NCBI GenBank assembly: GCA_963783305.1
Contig: CAWAMW010000002.1
Location: forward strand, 192,001-256,000
Origin: an uncultured Gemmatimonadales bacterium
GTDB taxonomy: Bacteria > Gemmatimonadota > Gemmatimonadetes > Longimicrobiales > RSA9
DNA length: 64,000 nucleotides
Direction of reading: 5' to 3'
Below the pieces are notes generated by a model that saw only the letters and a program-made list of their open reading frames with translations, was not told the DNA's origin and made no database searches. Below are positions 39,740-49,299 of the stretch, piece after piece. Every line of letters begins with the position of its first letter. The first letter of the stretch is position 1. Both the position numbers and the translations under genes were made by a program.

Positions 39740-40260
39740 GTCCGATCGATCTCCGCCCGGGTCGCATTCTCCATCTCTGTCCTCTCGTGGCGCGCCGCTC
39801 CGTGGGAGTAGCGGGCGTCCACCGCCCGACGGATCTGCTCCAGGTCCTGCCCCTCACGGGCGCGGCGGTGGACCAGGCGGCCCATCCCCTGACAGATCTC
39901 GCACCAGCGCGCCATCCCCGGCGCCTCGTAGCAGGAGAGGAGCGAGCGATACCCATCGAGGTCGGCGCAGCCGCAGTAGCAGCGGATGCCGTCCGCGAGA
40001 TGGGCGACCTCGCGCACCGCGTCGAACGCATCCACGGCGTGAGGGGCGTCGGTCAGGTCGGCGGCCCGTAGCACCCGTGACCCATCGATTCCCGGGCGGG
40101 GCTCCGGGTGTACCCCCGGGCGACCGGAGGACGGCAGTCCTAGGGCACCGCCGATCAGCGAGGTAGTGCCGTAGAGGCGGGCGGGCAGGCATCCGACGAG
40201 GACGGCGGCGCCGCCGGCGGCCATGAGCAGGAAACGTCGTCGATCCAGCGGGTGGTCCAT
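39736..40260 (-). CDS. Tat-exported PCYCGC-motif-like protein
   Basis: DRRRFL Tat signal; RCYCGC..SLLSCY..WCEIC. Confidence 0.8.
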   Translation of the reverse strand: MDHPLDRRRFLLMAAGGAAVLVGCLPARLYGTTSLIGGALGLPSSGRPGVHPEPRPGIDGSRVLRAADLTDAPHAVDAFDAVREVAHLADGIRCYCGCADLDGYRSLLSCYEAPGMARWCEICQGMGRLVHRRAREGQDLEQIRRAVDARYSHGAARHERTEMENATRAEIDRT

Positions 40261-40431
40261 GGTCGATCCGGAAGGGGGGGAGGTCGGACCCACTATGATG
40301 GCGCGCCTCCAGCCAACTCGCAATGATGCGGGAGAGAACGTGGGCCGTTACCCGGACCCCCTCCATCCGTTGAGGTCGGAACGCACGACCCGTAGTTTGG
40401 CTGGACCAGTTCTCGCACCGGAGCGCGTGAC

Positions 40432-41268
40432 ATGAGACCCCCAACGCCGAGCCGCCTGACGCTGCTGGCCGTTATCACCATGATCGGCGGCGCGACCGCC
40501 TGCGCCCGCGCGCCACGACCGGCGCCGCCCGCCACCGCCCCCACCAGCGACGCCGCGTGTCCGCCGGTCTCCCAGCGCCCGTCCCTGGTCCACGTGACCG
40601 AAGTCGCGCCCGCGCTCCGGGAGGACGTGCGCTACGCCACCGCCGACAACTTCACCGGTGCTCCGCTGCCCGGCTACGATGCGGGCGCGGCGCTGCTGAG
40701 GCCCGCGGCCGCCGAGTCACTCGCGCGGGTTCAGCGCGCCCTCGAGTCCCGCGGCTATGGGCTGCTGGTCTGGGACGCCTATCGCCCCGTTCGCGCCACG
40801 CTCGGGATGGTCGAATGGGCCGAGCGGACGGGGAACGAGTGGGTGCTGGACGAAGGGTACGTCGCCCGGCGCAGCAACCACAACCGGGGCAACACCGTCG
40901 ATCTCACGGTCGTTTCGCTGGACACCGGGCTGCCCCTGGACATGGGGACGGCGTACGACCATTTCGGCGTCGAGTCGCACACCGCCAACGCCACGGGTGC
41001 GGTCCTGGCCAACCGCCGGGTGCTGCTGCGCGCCATGGAGGCCGAGGGCTGGCAGAACTACGAGCAGGAGTGGTGGCACTACACCTACCCCGGCGACGAC
41101 GAGTTCATCGACATCCCCGTCGGGTGCTATCTCTCCAGCCGGACCCGGGCCGCGGCCGGCGTGGCCGCCATGAGGATGAGCGTCATCACCTCGGCCGAGT
41201 TGATGCACCAGGTGCAGGTGGCGCCAATGATGGCCACGCGACGGTCGATCCTACCGGCCGACCCCTGA
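40432..41268 (+). CDS. ddpX: D-Ala-D-Ala dipeptidase (M15D, DdpX/VanX-like) lipoprotein
   Basis: [26 protein letters not shown]; atypical C-terminal tail. Confidence 0.9.
   Translation: MRPPTPSRLTLLAVITMIGGATACARAPRPAPPATAPTSDAACPPVSQRPSLVHVTEVAPALREDVRYATADNFTGAPLPGYDAGAALLRPAAAESLARVQRALESRGYGLLVWDAYRPVRATLGMVEWAERTGNEWVLDEGYVARRSNHNRGNTVDLTVVSLDTGLPLDMGTAYDHFGVESHTANATGAVLANRRVLLRAMEAEGWQNYEQEWWHYTYPGDDEFIDIPVGCYLSSRTRAAAGVAAMRMSVITSAELMHQVQVAPMMATRRSILPADP
41127..41249 (-). pseudogene. Possible C-terminal remnant of a VKOR-family protein
   Basis: Hand translation [40 protein letters not shown]: CxxC followed by a hydrophobic helix. Confidence 0.45.
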
Positions 41269-42360
41269 GGGCACCGCGCAGTTCGATACACGATCGAGCT
41301 CCAGCTCGCTCGCCGGGAAGTACTTCCGTTTCCACCACAGCGCGACGTTCACCAGGGCGATCAGCACCGGCACCTCCACCAGCGGACCGATCACCGCCGC
41401 GAAAGCGGCGCCGTGGCCGATCCCGAAGGTGCCCACGGCCACGGCGATGGCCAGCTCGAAATTGTTCGATGCCGCCGTGAAGGAGAGCGTCGCGGTCTGC
41501 GGATAGCTCGCGCCGGCCCATCGGCTCATGAAGAAGGTCACCGCGAACATCACCAGGAAATAGATCAGTAGCGGGATCGCTACCAGCACAACACTCGACG
41601 GCTGCCGGATGATCGCCTCGCCCTGGATCGAGAACATGACCACGATGGTGAACAGGAGCGCCACCAGGGTGATCGGGCTGATCCTCGGGATGAACCGCTG
41701 GTGGTACCACGTCTTCCCCTTCGCCCTCACCAGCACGAACCGGGTCAGCATCCCCGCCAGGAACGGGACGCCGAGATAGATGAAGACGCTCTCCGCGATC
41801 TGGCCCATCGTGATGGCTACGGCCGTGCCCTCCAGCCCCAGCCACGCCGGCACCACCGTGATGAACACCCACGCATACACGGAATAGAAGAGCACCTGGA
41901 AGATGGAATTGAACGCCACCAGGCCCGCCGCGTACTCGTTGTCGCCCTCCGCCAGCTCGTTCCACACGATCACCATGGCGATGCAGCGCGCCAGTCCGAT
42001 GAGGATCAGCCCCACCATGAGCTCGGGGTGGTCGCGCAGGAAGAGCACGGCCAGCCCGAACATGAGCAGCGGCCCGATCACCCAGTTCTGGATCAGCGAC
42101 AGCCCAAGGATCCGCCAGTCGCGGAATACGTCACCCAGCTCCTCGTACCGCACCTTCGCGAGCGGCGGGTACATCATGAGGATGAGACCGAGGGCGATGG
42201 GGATCGATGTGGTGCCCACCTGCGTCGCCTCGTTCAGCGCCGTGATCGGCTCCGGCCACAGGTAGCCCAGCGCCACTCCCACCCCCATCGCCAGCCCGAT
42301 CCACGCCGTCAGGTACCGGTCGAGGAAGGACATCCGGCGCCCTACGCTCTGTTTACTCAT
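41251..42360 (-). CDS. acr3: ACR3 family arsenite efflux transporter
   Basis: [45 protein letters not shown]. Confidence 0.96.
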   Translation of the reverse strand: MSKQSVGRRMSFLDRYLTAWIGLAMGVGVALGYLWPEPITALNEATQVGTTSIPIALGLILMMYPPLAKVRYEELGDVFRDWRILGLSLIQNWVIGPLLMFGLAVLFLRDHPELMVGLILIGLARCIAMVIVWNELAEGDNEYAAGLVAFNSIFQVLFYSVYAWVFITVVPAWLGLEGTAVAITMGQIAESVFIYLGVPFLAGMLTRFVLVRAKGKTWYHQRFIPRISPITLVALLFTIVVMFSIQGEAIIRQPSSVVLVAIPLLIYFLVMFAVTFFMSRWAGASYPQTATLSFTAASNNFELAIAVAVGTFGIGHGAAFAAVIGPLVEVPVLIALVNVALWWKRKYFPASELELDRVSNCAVPSGVGR

Positions 42361-42409
42361 TTGCTGATCACCGCTGAGTTGGCGTTCGGGGTACGGACCA
42401 CAGGTTACA

Positions 42410-42493
42410 GTTCACGGTTCACGGTTCACGGTTCACGGTTCACAGTTCACAGTTCACAGTTCACAGTTCACAGTTCACAGTTCACAGTTCACA
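42410..42493. repeat. Heptamer tandem repeat (GTTCACG)x4 + (GTTCACA)x8
   Basis: 12 contiguous units counted directly. Confidence 0.97.
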
Positions 42494-42495
42494 GT

Positions 42496-43254
42496 TTACA
42501 GCATCTTTGCCGTGCCGCCCGTCTCCAGGTACTCGGCGAAGTCGTCGGGGAGATCGCTCTGCCGAATCGCCGCCGTGGCCCGACCGAGGTCGTAGTCGAC
42601 CCGCACGATCTCCACGCTCACCTCCTCGCCGTCCAGCTCTACGACGAGGTAGCCGGCCCGCCAGTCGCCATCCTTCGGGCGACCCACCGACCCGGTATTG
42701 GCGAAGTGGATCCCCTCCACTGCCCGGTGCCACGGCCTGTGCGTATGGCCGAACGCCACCAGGTCGCCCGCGCGCGCGCCGAGCCGCTCCGCCATCTGCA
42801 GGCAGAACTCGTCGGAGCGGTCCTCGGTCCAGTACACCGTGTTCAGCACCGGATTGCCGTGCACCAGGATCAGCCGCGGGCCGGCGGTATGCCCCCCCAG
42901 CGGCCGAACATCGATCCGGAACGGGAGCCCGGCCAGCCACCGCTTCGTCTCGGCCGACACGTTCGCCCGGGTCCACGCGTAGCTCAGGTGACTGAGCTCC
43001 TCCTGCCGCGGGTCCTCATAGCGGCAGCCGCAGTGCTCGTAGTCCGTGGCCGTCGTCGAGTCGTAGTTCCCGGCCACGCCCGGGATCGCCCGCTCCCGCA
43101 GCGCCGCCACCACCTCGTCCGGCCACGGCGCGTACCCCACCAGGTCGCCCAGGTGGTACGTCGCCTCCACATCCGCCCGGCCGTCGATGTCCGCAAGAAC
43201 CGACTCCAGCGCCGGCAGATTGCCGTGGATGTCACTGATCAACGCATATCTCAT
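42496..43254 (-). CDS. Metallophosphoesterase (calcineurin-like)
   Basis: SDIHGN, LGDLVGY, GNYD, HG, GHTH, GSVGRP. Confidence 0.93.
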   Translation of the reverse strand: MRYALISDIHGNLPALESVLADIDGRADVEATYHLGDLVGYAPWPDEVVAALRERAIPGVAGNYDSTTATDYEHCGCRYEDPRQEELSHLSYAWTRANVSAETKRWLAGLPFRIDVRPLGGHTAGPRLILVHGNPVLNTVYWTEDRSDEFCLQMAERLGARAGDLVAFGHTHRPWHRAVEGIHFANTGSVGRPKDGDWRAGYLVVELDGEEVSVEIVRVDYDLGRATAAIRQSDLPDDFAEYLETGGTAKML

Positions 43255-43266
43255 CGCCCGCCCCTC

Positions 43267-43716
43267 TCAGATCTCCAGATCTCGCACCATCGCCACGGCG
43301 GACGCGGGACACGCGTCACGGAACTCGACGCTCGACCGCACCTCCGGCGAGGCCGACTCCCGCGGCACCGGCCGGAACCCGTGCCGCGGGAAGTAGTCCT
43401 CCGCCGTGGTCGTCAGCAGGTACAGCCGCCGAAGCCCCGCAGCTCGGGCGCTCTCCAGCACCCGCTCCGTCAAACGCCCGCCCAGACCCCGGCTCCGAAG
43501 ACCCGGATCCACCGCAACCGACCGGAGCACGCCGTCCCCACCGTGGGATTCCAACCCCGCCACTCCCACGAGCCGGCCGGCCTCCTCCGCCACGATGAAA
43601 CCGTCCAGAGACTCGGCGACACCGGCGGTGGGCAGGCCCTCCGCCTCCAGCAGGGTACCCACCGCCTTCAGGTCGCCGGGCTGCGCTTCCCGCAGCACGA
43701 TCGCGTCGGCGCTCAT
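43267..43716 (-). CDS. arsN2: Arsenic-cluster GNAT acetyltransferase (ArsN2-like)
   Basis: LRSVAV, RSRGLG, LYLLTTTA..YF, EF...CPASA. Confidence 0.88.
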   Translation of the reverse strand: MSADAIVLREAQPGDLKAVGTLLEAEGLPTAGVAESLDGFIVAEEAGRLVGVAGLESHGGDGVLRSVAVDPGLRSRGLGGRLTERVLESARAAGLRRLYLLTTTAEDYFPRHGFRPVPRESASPEVRSSVEFRDACPASAVAMVRDLEI

Positions 43717-43726
43717 CGTCCCCGCC

Positions 43727-44629
43727 TCAGCAGCAGTCGGGGCCACAGCACGCGCCCGCGGCCACGACATCGCTCGACTCAGGGGCCGCGCCCGCCACCC
43801 CGGGCTTCCGCGCCCGTACGAACGCCGAGAGGATCCGGCCTTCCACCGCGTCCGAAAAAGCGTCCACATCCAGTCCCGCCTCCTCCAGGAAGGAACGCGC
43901 ATCCTCCGGCTCGTAGATCCGCGTGGGCTCCAGGCTCGGGTCCTCGAATCCCGCCTCCAGCAGCAGCGCCTCGAACTCCCGCTCCTCCAACGCGCCCGCC
44001 ACACACCCCACCCACAGCTCCATACTCCGCCGAACCTCCGCCGGAACCTCGCCTCGCACCACCACGTCCGACACCGCGAATCTCCCGCCCGGCTTCAGCA
44101 CCCGGTACGCCTCCCGCAACACACGACCCTTGTCCGCCGACAGGTTGATCACGCAGTTGCTGATGATCACGTCCACACTCGAGTCCGGGAGCGGGATGCT
44201 CTCGATGTCACCCTTCAGGAACTCCACATTCTCCGCACCCGCCTCCGCCGCGTTCCGACGCGCCAGCTCCAGCATCTCGTCCGTCATGTCCAGCCCGTAC
44301 GCCTTCCCGGTCCGTCCAACCCGCTTCGCGCTCAGCAGGACGTCGATGCCGCCACCGCTCCCCAGGTCCAGCACCACCTCCCCCTCGCTCAGCTCCGCCA
44401 GCGCCGTCGGGTTCCCGCACCCGAGCGATGCCAGCACCGCCTGCTCCGGTAGCGATGACGCCGTCACCGAATCGTACAGGTCCCGCGTGATCGGGTCCGC
44501 AAAGCGCCCCTCCGCCTTCTCATCACACCCGCACGACGTTCCGCAGCACGTCCCCTTCTCGCCCGTCACCACCCGCAACGCCGCCTCCCCGTACTTCTGC
44601 CGCACCACCGCCTTCAGGTCCTCGCTCAT
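43727..44629 (-). CDS. arsM: Arsenite S-adenosylmethionine methyltransferase
   Basis: [33 protein letters not shown]; terminal CC pairs. Confidence 0.95.
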   Translation of the reverse strand: MSEDLKAVVRQKYGEAALRVVTGEKGTCCGTSCGCDEKAEGRFADPITRDLYDSVTASSLPEQAVLASLGCGNPTALAELSEGEVVLDLGSGGGIDVLLSAKRVGRTGKAYGLDMTDEMLELARRNAAEAGAENVEFLKGDIESIPLPDSSVDVIISNCVINLSADKGRVLREAYRVLKPGGRFAVSDVVVRGEVPAEVRRSMELWVGCVAGALEEREFEALLLEAGFEDPSLEPTRIYEPEDARSFLEEAGLDVDAFSDAVEGRILSAFVRARKPGVAGAAPESSDVVAAGACCGPDCC

Positions 44630-44641
44630 AGCCCCCTCCGT

Positions 44642-44657
44642 ATCAATTCGGGTTGAT
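44642..44657. promoter_or_regulatory. ArsR-type operator ATCAA-N6-TTGAT upstream of arsM
   Basis: ATCAATTCGGGTTGAT, perfect 5-6-5 inverted repeat. Confidence 0.65.
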
Positions 44658-44712
44658 GTATTCCGACAAAAAAACAGACGCTCACCGTACCCTCACTCCC
44701 CCTCGCCGCAGC

Positions 44713-45045
44713 TCAGCCGCAGCACGATCCCCGGCTGCTCTCGACGGACCGCCACTCCTCCCGCGGCTTCACCTCCCCCAGGAACGACCGCATCTCGTCC
44801 AGCGCCTCCGGTACCAGCGAGTAATAGACCCAGCGGCCGTCGCGCCGATCCGAGACGACCCCGGCATCCTTCAGCTTCTTCAGATGGAACGACAGTCGCG
44901 ACTGCGCCGCATCCAGCTCGTCCTGCAGCTCGCACACGCACCGCTCGCCTGCGGAGAGCAGCTGTACGAGCCGGAACCGGGTGTCCTCGGCCACCGCCTG
45001 GAAGCGCTGGAGCAGCGCCGCGTTGTGTGCGTTCTGGGTCATCAT
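44713..45045 (-). CDS. arsR: ArsR family repressor
   Basis: [22 protein letters not shown]-terminal CC. Confidence 0.93.
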   Translation of the reverse strand: MMTQNAHNAALLQRFQAVAEDTRFRLVQLLSAGERCVCELQDELDAAQSRLSFHLKKLKDAGVVSDRRDGRWVYYSLVPEALDEMRSFLGEVKPREEWRSVESSRGSCCG

Positions 45046-45051
45046 GGCCGC

Positions 45052-45081
45052 ATGATACATCAACATTGGTGTATATGTCAA
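45052..45081 (-). promoter_or_regulatory. Sigma70-type promoter of arsR, probably leaderless
   Basis: Minus strand TTGACA-18 bp-TATCAT-6 nt-ATG; spacer holds the palindrome ATACATCAA-CA-TTGGTGTAT. Confidence 0.65.
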
Positions 45082-45199
45082 GGGACCTCCGGTGCCGGAC
45101 CGGGGACCGCGGTGGACCGGGTCCTGCAAAGTAGGGGGCTGGAGCCGTCTGGAACGCCCGGCGGTCTGACGAGGAAATGGCCGCTGGAGCGAGTTGCGG

Positions 45200-45823
45200 A
45201 TGCGCGATCTGATTGTCGAGCTGGTGCGGAGCACGGGTGCGTTGGGCGTGGGCGTCCTGATGTTCCTGGAGAACGTGTTTCCCCCCATTCCCTCCGAGCT
45301 CATCATGCCCCTCGGCGGCTACCTCGCCGGGAAGGGGGACCTGCCCTTCTGGCCCGTGGTTCTGGCCGGCGCGGCGGGCTCGCTGCTGGGTGCCACGCTC
45401 TGGTACGCGGTGGGGCGGCGCCTGGGCAAGGAGCGGCTCAAGCGATGGGCGGGGCGCCACGGAGCCTGGGTGGCCATGACCCCGGACGAGATCGAACGGG
45501 CCAGCGCCTGGTTCGAGCGACACGGCGGTTGGAGCGTCTTCATCTGTCGCATGATCCCCTTCCTGCGGACGGTCATATCCGTCCCCGCGGGGATCGCCCG
45601 GATGGCGCTGGCACCCTTCCTCCTCTACACCGCCGCCGGTACGCTCATCTGGACCGCCGCACTGGCGTGGGCCGGCCGGGTCCTCGGCAGCCAGTTCTCC
45701 CAGGTGGGTAGCGTCCTGGGCTGGGTGACATGGGTCGTGATCGGGGTGGCGACGGCGTGGTACCTGTACCGGGTAGTCAAAGTCCACGGCGCGGTGAAGG
45801 AACGAGATGTCCGCACCCGGTAG
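45200..45823 (+). CDS. dedA: DedA family membrane protein
   Basis: ENVFPPIPSE, GSLLG, RMIPFLRTVISVPAG. Confidence 0.93.
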   Translation: MRDLIVELVRSTGALGVGVLMFLENVFPPIPSELIMPLGGYLAGKGDLPFWPVVLAGAAGSLLGATLWYAVGRRLGKERLKRWAGRHGAWVAMTPDEIERASAWFERHGGWSVFICRMIPFLRTVISVPAGIARMALAPFLLYTAAGTLIWTAALAWAGRVLGSQFSQVGSVLGWVTWVVIGVATAWYLYRVVKVHGAVKERDVRTR

Positions 45824-45879
45824 TCTCCTCGCCCGGTGATCGCTCCTCACGCCTCGCGCCGGATCCTCACCAGGAGCCC

Positions 45880-46254
45880 ATGAGCAGCCAGACTCTCTAC
45901 ACCACGATCGGCGAGGACGGCTTTCAGCGCCTGGTCGCAGCGTTCTATCAGCGCGTTCCGGACGACGACATCCTCGGCCCCATGTACCCGGCCGAAGACA
46001 TGGCCGGCGCCGAGGAGCGCCTGCGCGACTTCCTGGTCGGGCGCTTCGGCGGGCCCCAGCGCTATATCGAGCGACGGGGCCACCCACGCCTGCGCATGCG
46101 CCACGCACCGTTCGCCATCGACCGCGCGGCCGCGGAGCGCTGGTTGACCCTGATGTTCGAGGCCCTGGACGAGACATCGCTGCCCGCCCCCGCCGACGCA
46201 CCCTTGCGGGAGTTCTTCATCGATGTCGCACGGATGCTGATCAACCGCGCCTGA
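45880..46254 (+). CDS. Group II truncated hemoglobin
   Basis: LY..IG..GF.RLV..FY, FGGP..Y..RGHPRLRMRH. Confidence 0.92.
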   Translation: MSSQTLYTTIGEDGFQRLVAAFYQRVPDDDILGPMYPAEDMAGAEERLRDFLVGRFGGPQRYIERRGHPRLRMRHAPFAIDRAAAERWLTLMFEALDETSLPAPADAPLREFFIDVARMLINRA

Positions 46255-46344
46255 CCGGCGGCCGGCCACTGCGGGGCGAGTCCCGCGCCGGTCCGGAACA
46301 TGCGTTTATAGCGGGCACACCGATCATTCCACAGGGAGACGGAC

Positions 46345-46548
46345 ATGGGTGACAAGGATCGCAAGGCGGAGCGGAAGGGCGCGGAGCACGAGGTGGAGGG
46401 CGCAAGCCGTGAGCGCGCCGGGAAGCTGGAGAAGGAAGCCGGTCGGATGACCGGGGACCGCTCGACGCAGGCGAAGGGCGCGGCGAAGGAAGCCGCCGGC
46501 AAGGTGCAGAAGAAGGCCGGCGAGGCGACGCGGAAGGCCGCCGACTGA
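46345..46548 (+). CDS. csbD: CsbD family stress protein
   Basis: GK..KEAGRMTGD....AKG......GKVQKKAG; RBS GGGAG. Confidence 0.85.
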   Translation: MGDKDRKAERKGAEHEVEGASRERAGKLEKEAGRMTGDRSTQAKGAAKEAAGKVQKKAGEATRKAAD

Positions 46549-46573
46549 AGACCGAGGCGGCCCGACGATGAGC

Positions 46574-46611
46574 TGAAAGCCCCGGCCGCTGGAGAGCGGC
46601 CGGGGCTTTCA
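46574..46611. terminator. Bidirectional terminator-like hairpin
   Basis: TGAAAGCCCCGGCCGCT-GGAG-AGCGGCCGGGGCTTTCA perfect 17-bp stem between convergent genes. Confidence 0.85.
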
Positions 46612-46678
46612 CGTGGCGGATCCGCGCTCCCTCCCGCCGCTGAGCGCTGGCGCCGGCCGAGCGTCGACGGTGATGGCC

Positions 46679-47866
46679 CTATTTCGTCAGCGGGAGGAGG
46701 GCCGTAAAGGTGGATCCGTGTCCGGGCGTGCTCTGAACCTCGATGTCGCCGCCCATCTGCCGTATCAGCTCCCGGGAGATGGTGAGTCCGAGTCCGAGCC
46801 CCCCCTCATGGTCCTCCGCGACGCCTCGGTCGTACGGATCGAAGATATGGGCGAGCGCGGACGGCGGGATGCCGGGTCCTTTGTCGGTGATCGCGATGGC
46901 GGCGAACACCCCGTCGTCCCGCTGGATCGTCGAGATCTCGACCCTGATACCGCCGCCCTCGGGGGTGTACTTGATCGCGTTGCCGAGCAAGTTCACCAGG
47001 GCTTGTCGGAGCAGTTGCGGATCGGCTCGAACGATCACGCCGTCCACGGGTCCGCTCCTGAGCTCCTGCCCCTTCCTGGCGGCGAAGTGCTCCACGAGAT
47101 TCACGGCCTCTGAAAGCACCTCCCCCACCTCTACGTCCCGACTCGCGGTCCGGACGGAGCCCGCGTGGATGCGCGCCATCTCCAGCATGTTCTCGATGAC
47201 CGCAAGGAGGTGCTGGCCGCTCATCCGGATGCGCGCGATGCTGTCCCGCTGCCGTTCCGATATGGGGCCCAGAAGCCCCTCGAGAAGCAGGTCGGAGTAC
47301 GCCTGGATCGCGTTGAGAGGCGAGCGCAGCTCATGGCCGAGCGTGGCGCGGGCGCGGTCCTGGGCCTCGGCGGTCCGGTCGCGCTCCTCCCGCTCCCGGG
47401 CCGCGGCCTCCATCAGCCGTGCGTTCTCCAGCGCTACCGACGCCTGGTCGGCCAGCGCCGACAGGAGCCATTCGTCGTCCTCCGTGATGGGCTCACCGGT
47501 CGTTCGCACGGCCCCCAGCAGCCCCGTCACCTGCCCCTGCGTGACCAGGGGCACGCTGAGGAAGCACTCGTCCGAAGAATAGCCCAGGAGATCCTGAAGC
47601 CTGCGAACGAGCGTCTCGTCGAACGTCTCGCGGATCCTGGCGAACCGCTCTTCCTCGACTCCATACGCCGCCCGCACCACCAGGAGACCGTCCGCATCCG
47701 CGAGCATGAGGACCGCCCGATCCGCGTCCACCAGCTCCGTCGCCCGCTTCACGGCCAGGTCCAGCACTTCCTCGATCGAGATGGTGTGGGTCAGCGCCCG
47801 GCTCACCTCGGTAAGCGTGCGGAGGCGCTCCAGGCGCCGCTCGGCGTTCGTCAAAGCGCTACTCAT
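46679..47866 (-). CDS. GAF-domain histidine kinase
   Basis: LSVPL..ALADQASVALENARL; GHELRSPLN, NAIKYT, GLGLGL. Confidence 0.92.
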   Translation of the reverse strand: MSSALTNAERRLERLRTLTEVSRALTHTISIEEVLDLAVKRATELVDADRAVLMLADADGLLVVRAAYGVEEERFARIRETFDETLVRRLQDLLGYSSDECFLSVPLVTQGQVTGLLGAVRTTGEPITEDDEWLLSALADQASVALENARLMEAAAREREERDRTAEAQDRARATLGHELRSPLNAIQAYSDLLLEGLLGPISERQRDSIARIRMSGQHLLAVIENMLEMARIHAGSVRTASRDVEVGEVLSEAVNLVEHFAARKGQELRSGPVDGVIVRADPQLLRQALVNLLGNAIKYTPEGGGIRVEISTIQRDDGVFAAIAITDKGPGIPPSALAHIFDPYDRGVAEDHEGGLGLGLTISRELIRQMGGDIEVQSTPGHGSTFTALLPLTK

Positions 47867-49299
47867 ATGGCCGGCGAGATACGGACGCCGTCCGGGCCTA
47901 TCGCCATCTCCCGCACATTGAGGTCGTGGCCGCTCCCGCGGGCCTTGAGCACCCGGATCGTGCGGCGCATCCTCTCCTCCCCTCGCATCTCCAGCAGGAG
48001 CAGGTTGTCGGCCATGTAGCTGATGGGCCCGGCGTTGATGTCTCCTCCGGTCAGACTCTGCCCTACCGTCTCGAAGGTGAAGATACTGGTGATTCCGTGC
48101 ACGGCTAAGTGCTGCGTCAGGGCGTAGATGTAGTCGTGCAGCCGATGGGGATCGCTGGTGGAGGCGGCCAGGTCGCCTACGGCGTCGATCACCACGCGCC
48201 GGATCCCCTTCGACTCGATGCGTCGGAAGAGCTGTCTGACGATGCTGTCGATCCGCAGCTCCACAGGGGAGAAGTACATCACCTCCAGCGACGAGGCCGT
48301 TTCCCGGTCCGGCGCCAGGCGCCCGATCGAGCGCGCGAGCTGTGTGGGGTTCTCCTGGAAGTTGATGTACAGGCTGGGCTCGGCCTCCCGGAACCCCTCG
48401 AGGGCGAACTGCAGAGCCAGCGTCGTCTTTCCCGATCCGGACGGGCCGGCGACCAGTGTCGCGCTGCCCGAGATCAGACCCCCTTCGAGCATGGTGTCCA
48501 GCTCCGCCACGCCCGTGGAGACGCGGGCGCGCGCCGGCTCGTAGTCCACCGGGACGCGCGGCGTCACCAGGCGCGGGTGGACGTCGAGACCCTGGTCGGT
48601 GATCTCGAAGGCGTGGAACCCCTCCCGATAGCGGCTGCCCCGAAGCTTCAGGACGCGGAAGAACCGTTCATCGCGGGTCCCGAGCTGCTTCCTCGACAGC
48701 TCCACCACCCCATCCGCCACCGCGAATTCCGGCGAGCGCCGGATGTCCTCCTGGTCGTACTCGCCCACGAGGAAGGCCGTGGTATCATAGGCGGTCAGCA
48801 GGCCGGTGAGCTCATGCACCAGGCGCCGCATCTCCGGCACGGACTCCGACAGGTCGTGGAGCGCCTTGAAGGAATCAATGGCGATCAGGCCGGGCCTGAC
48901 GCTCCGGATCGCATCCCTCACCCGCTCCACCACGACCTGCACTCCGTCCCGCGCCAGGTCGGAGCCGATGTCCTCGTAAAGGACGGACGATCCCAGTTTG
49001 TCTTCGTCGTAGAAATCGAAGTGCTGAACGAACCGGATCACCTTCGTCACCGGCTCGGACAGCGTTGTCAGGTAGAGGACCGGCCGCTCCGGGCTCGCGT
49101 TCGCGAACAGGAGCTGCTCCACGAATATGGTCTTCCCCGTGCCGGGCATCCCCATCAGGATGTTGATGGTGTTGAGCGGAAACCCGCCGCCGAGGATCTT
49201 GTCCGTCATCCGGTCGCCGGTGCTGACGCGGGGACGGTCCCCGTCGCGCGCGGACGGATACCGCACCGCTCCTGCCTCGTCCATGTCCGTCGCGGTCAT
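47863..49299 (-). CDS. KaiC-like double RecA-fold ATPase
   Basis: Walker A GMPGTGKT and GPSGSGKT; VLKLRGS and VLKARGSGH; PRL linker. Confidence 0.9.
   Translation of the reverse strand: MTATDMDEAGAVRYPSARDGDRPRVSTGDRMTDKILGGGFPLNTINILMGMPGTGKTIFVEQLLFANASPERPVLYLTTLSEPVTKVIRFVQHFDFYDEDKLGSSVLYEDIGSDLARDGVQVVVERVRDAIRSVRPGLIAIDSFKALHDLSESVPEMRRLVHELTGLLTAYDTTAFLVGEYDQEDIRRSPEFAVADGVVELSRKQLGTRDERFFRVLKLRGSRYREGFHAFEITDQGLDVHPRLVTPRVPVDYEPARARVSTGVAELDTMLEGGLISGSATLVAGPSGSGKTTLALQFALEGFREAEPSLYINFQENPTQLARSIGRLAPDRETASSLEVMYFSPVELRIDSIVRQLFRRIESKGIRRVVIDAVGDLAASTSDPHRLHDYIYALTQHLAVHGITSIFTFETVGQSLTGGDINAGPISYMADNLLLLEMRGEERMRRTIRVLKARGSGHDLNVREMAIGPDGVRISPAI

Noticed and set aside
40432..41268. 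Vancomycin resistance (vanX)
   Set aside because: No vanH, vanA or vanRS; exported stand-alone M15 dipeptidase
42410..42493. Possible CRISPR array
   Set aside because: Contiguous 7-mers with no spacers and no cas genes
41701..44148. 815-aa plus-strand ORF running through the heptamer repeat
   Set aside because: Antisense to four recognisable ars genes; Arg/Pro-rich with no family signal
47863..49299. Circadian clock
   Set aside because: No kaiA or kaiB, altered EE and ST motifs; treated as a KaiC-like signalling ATPase
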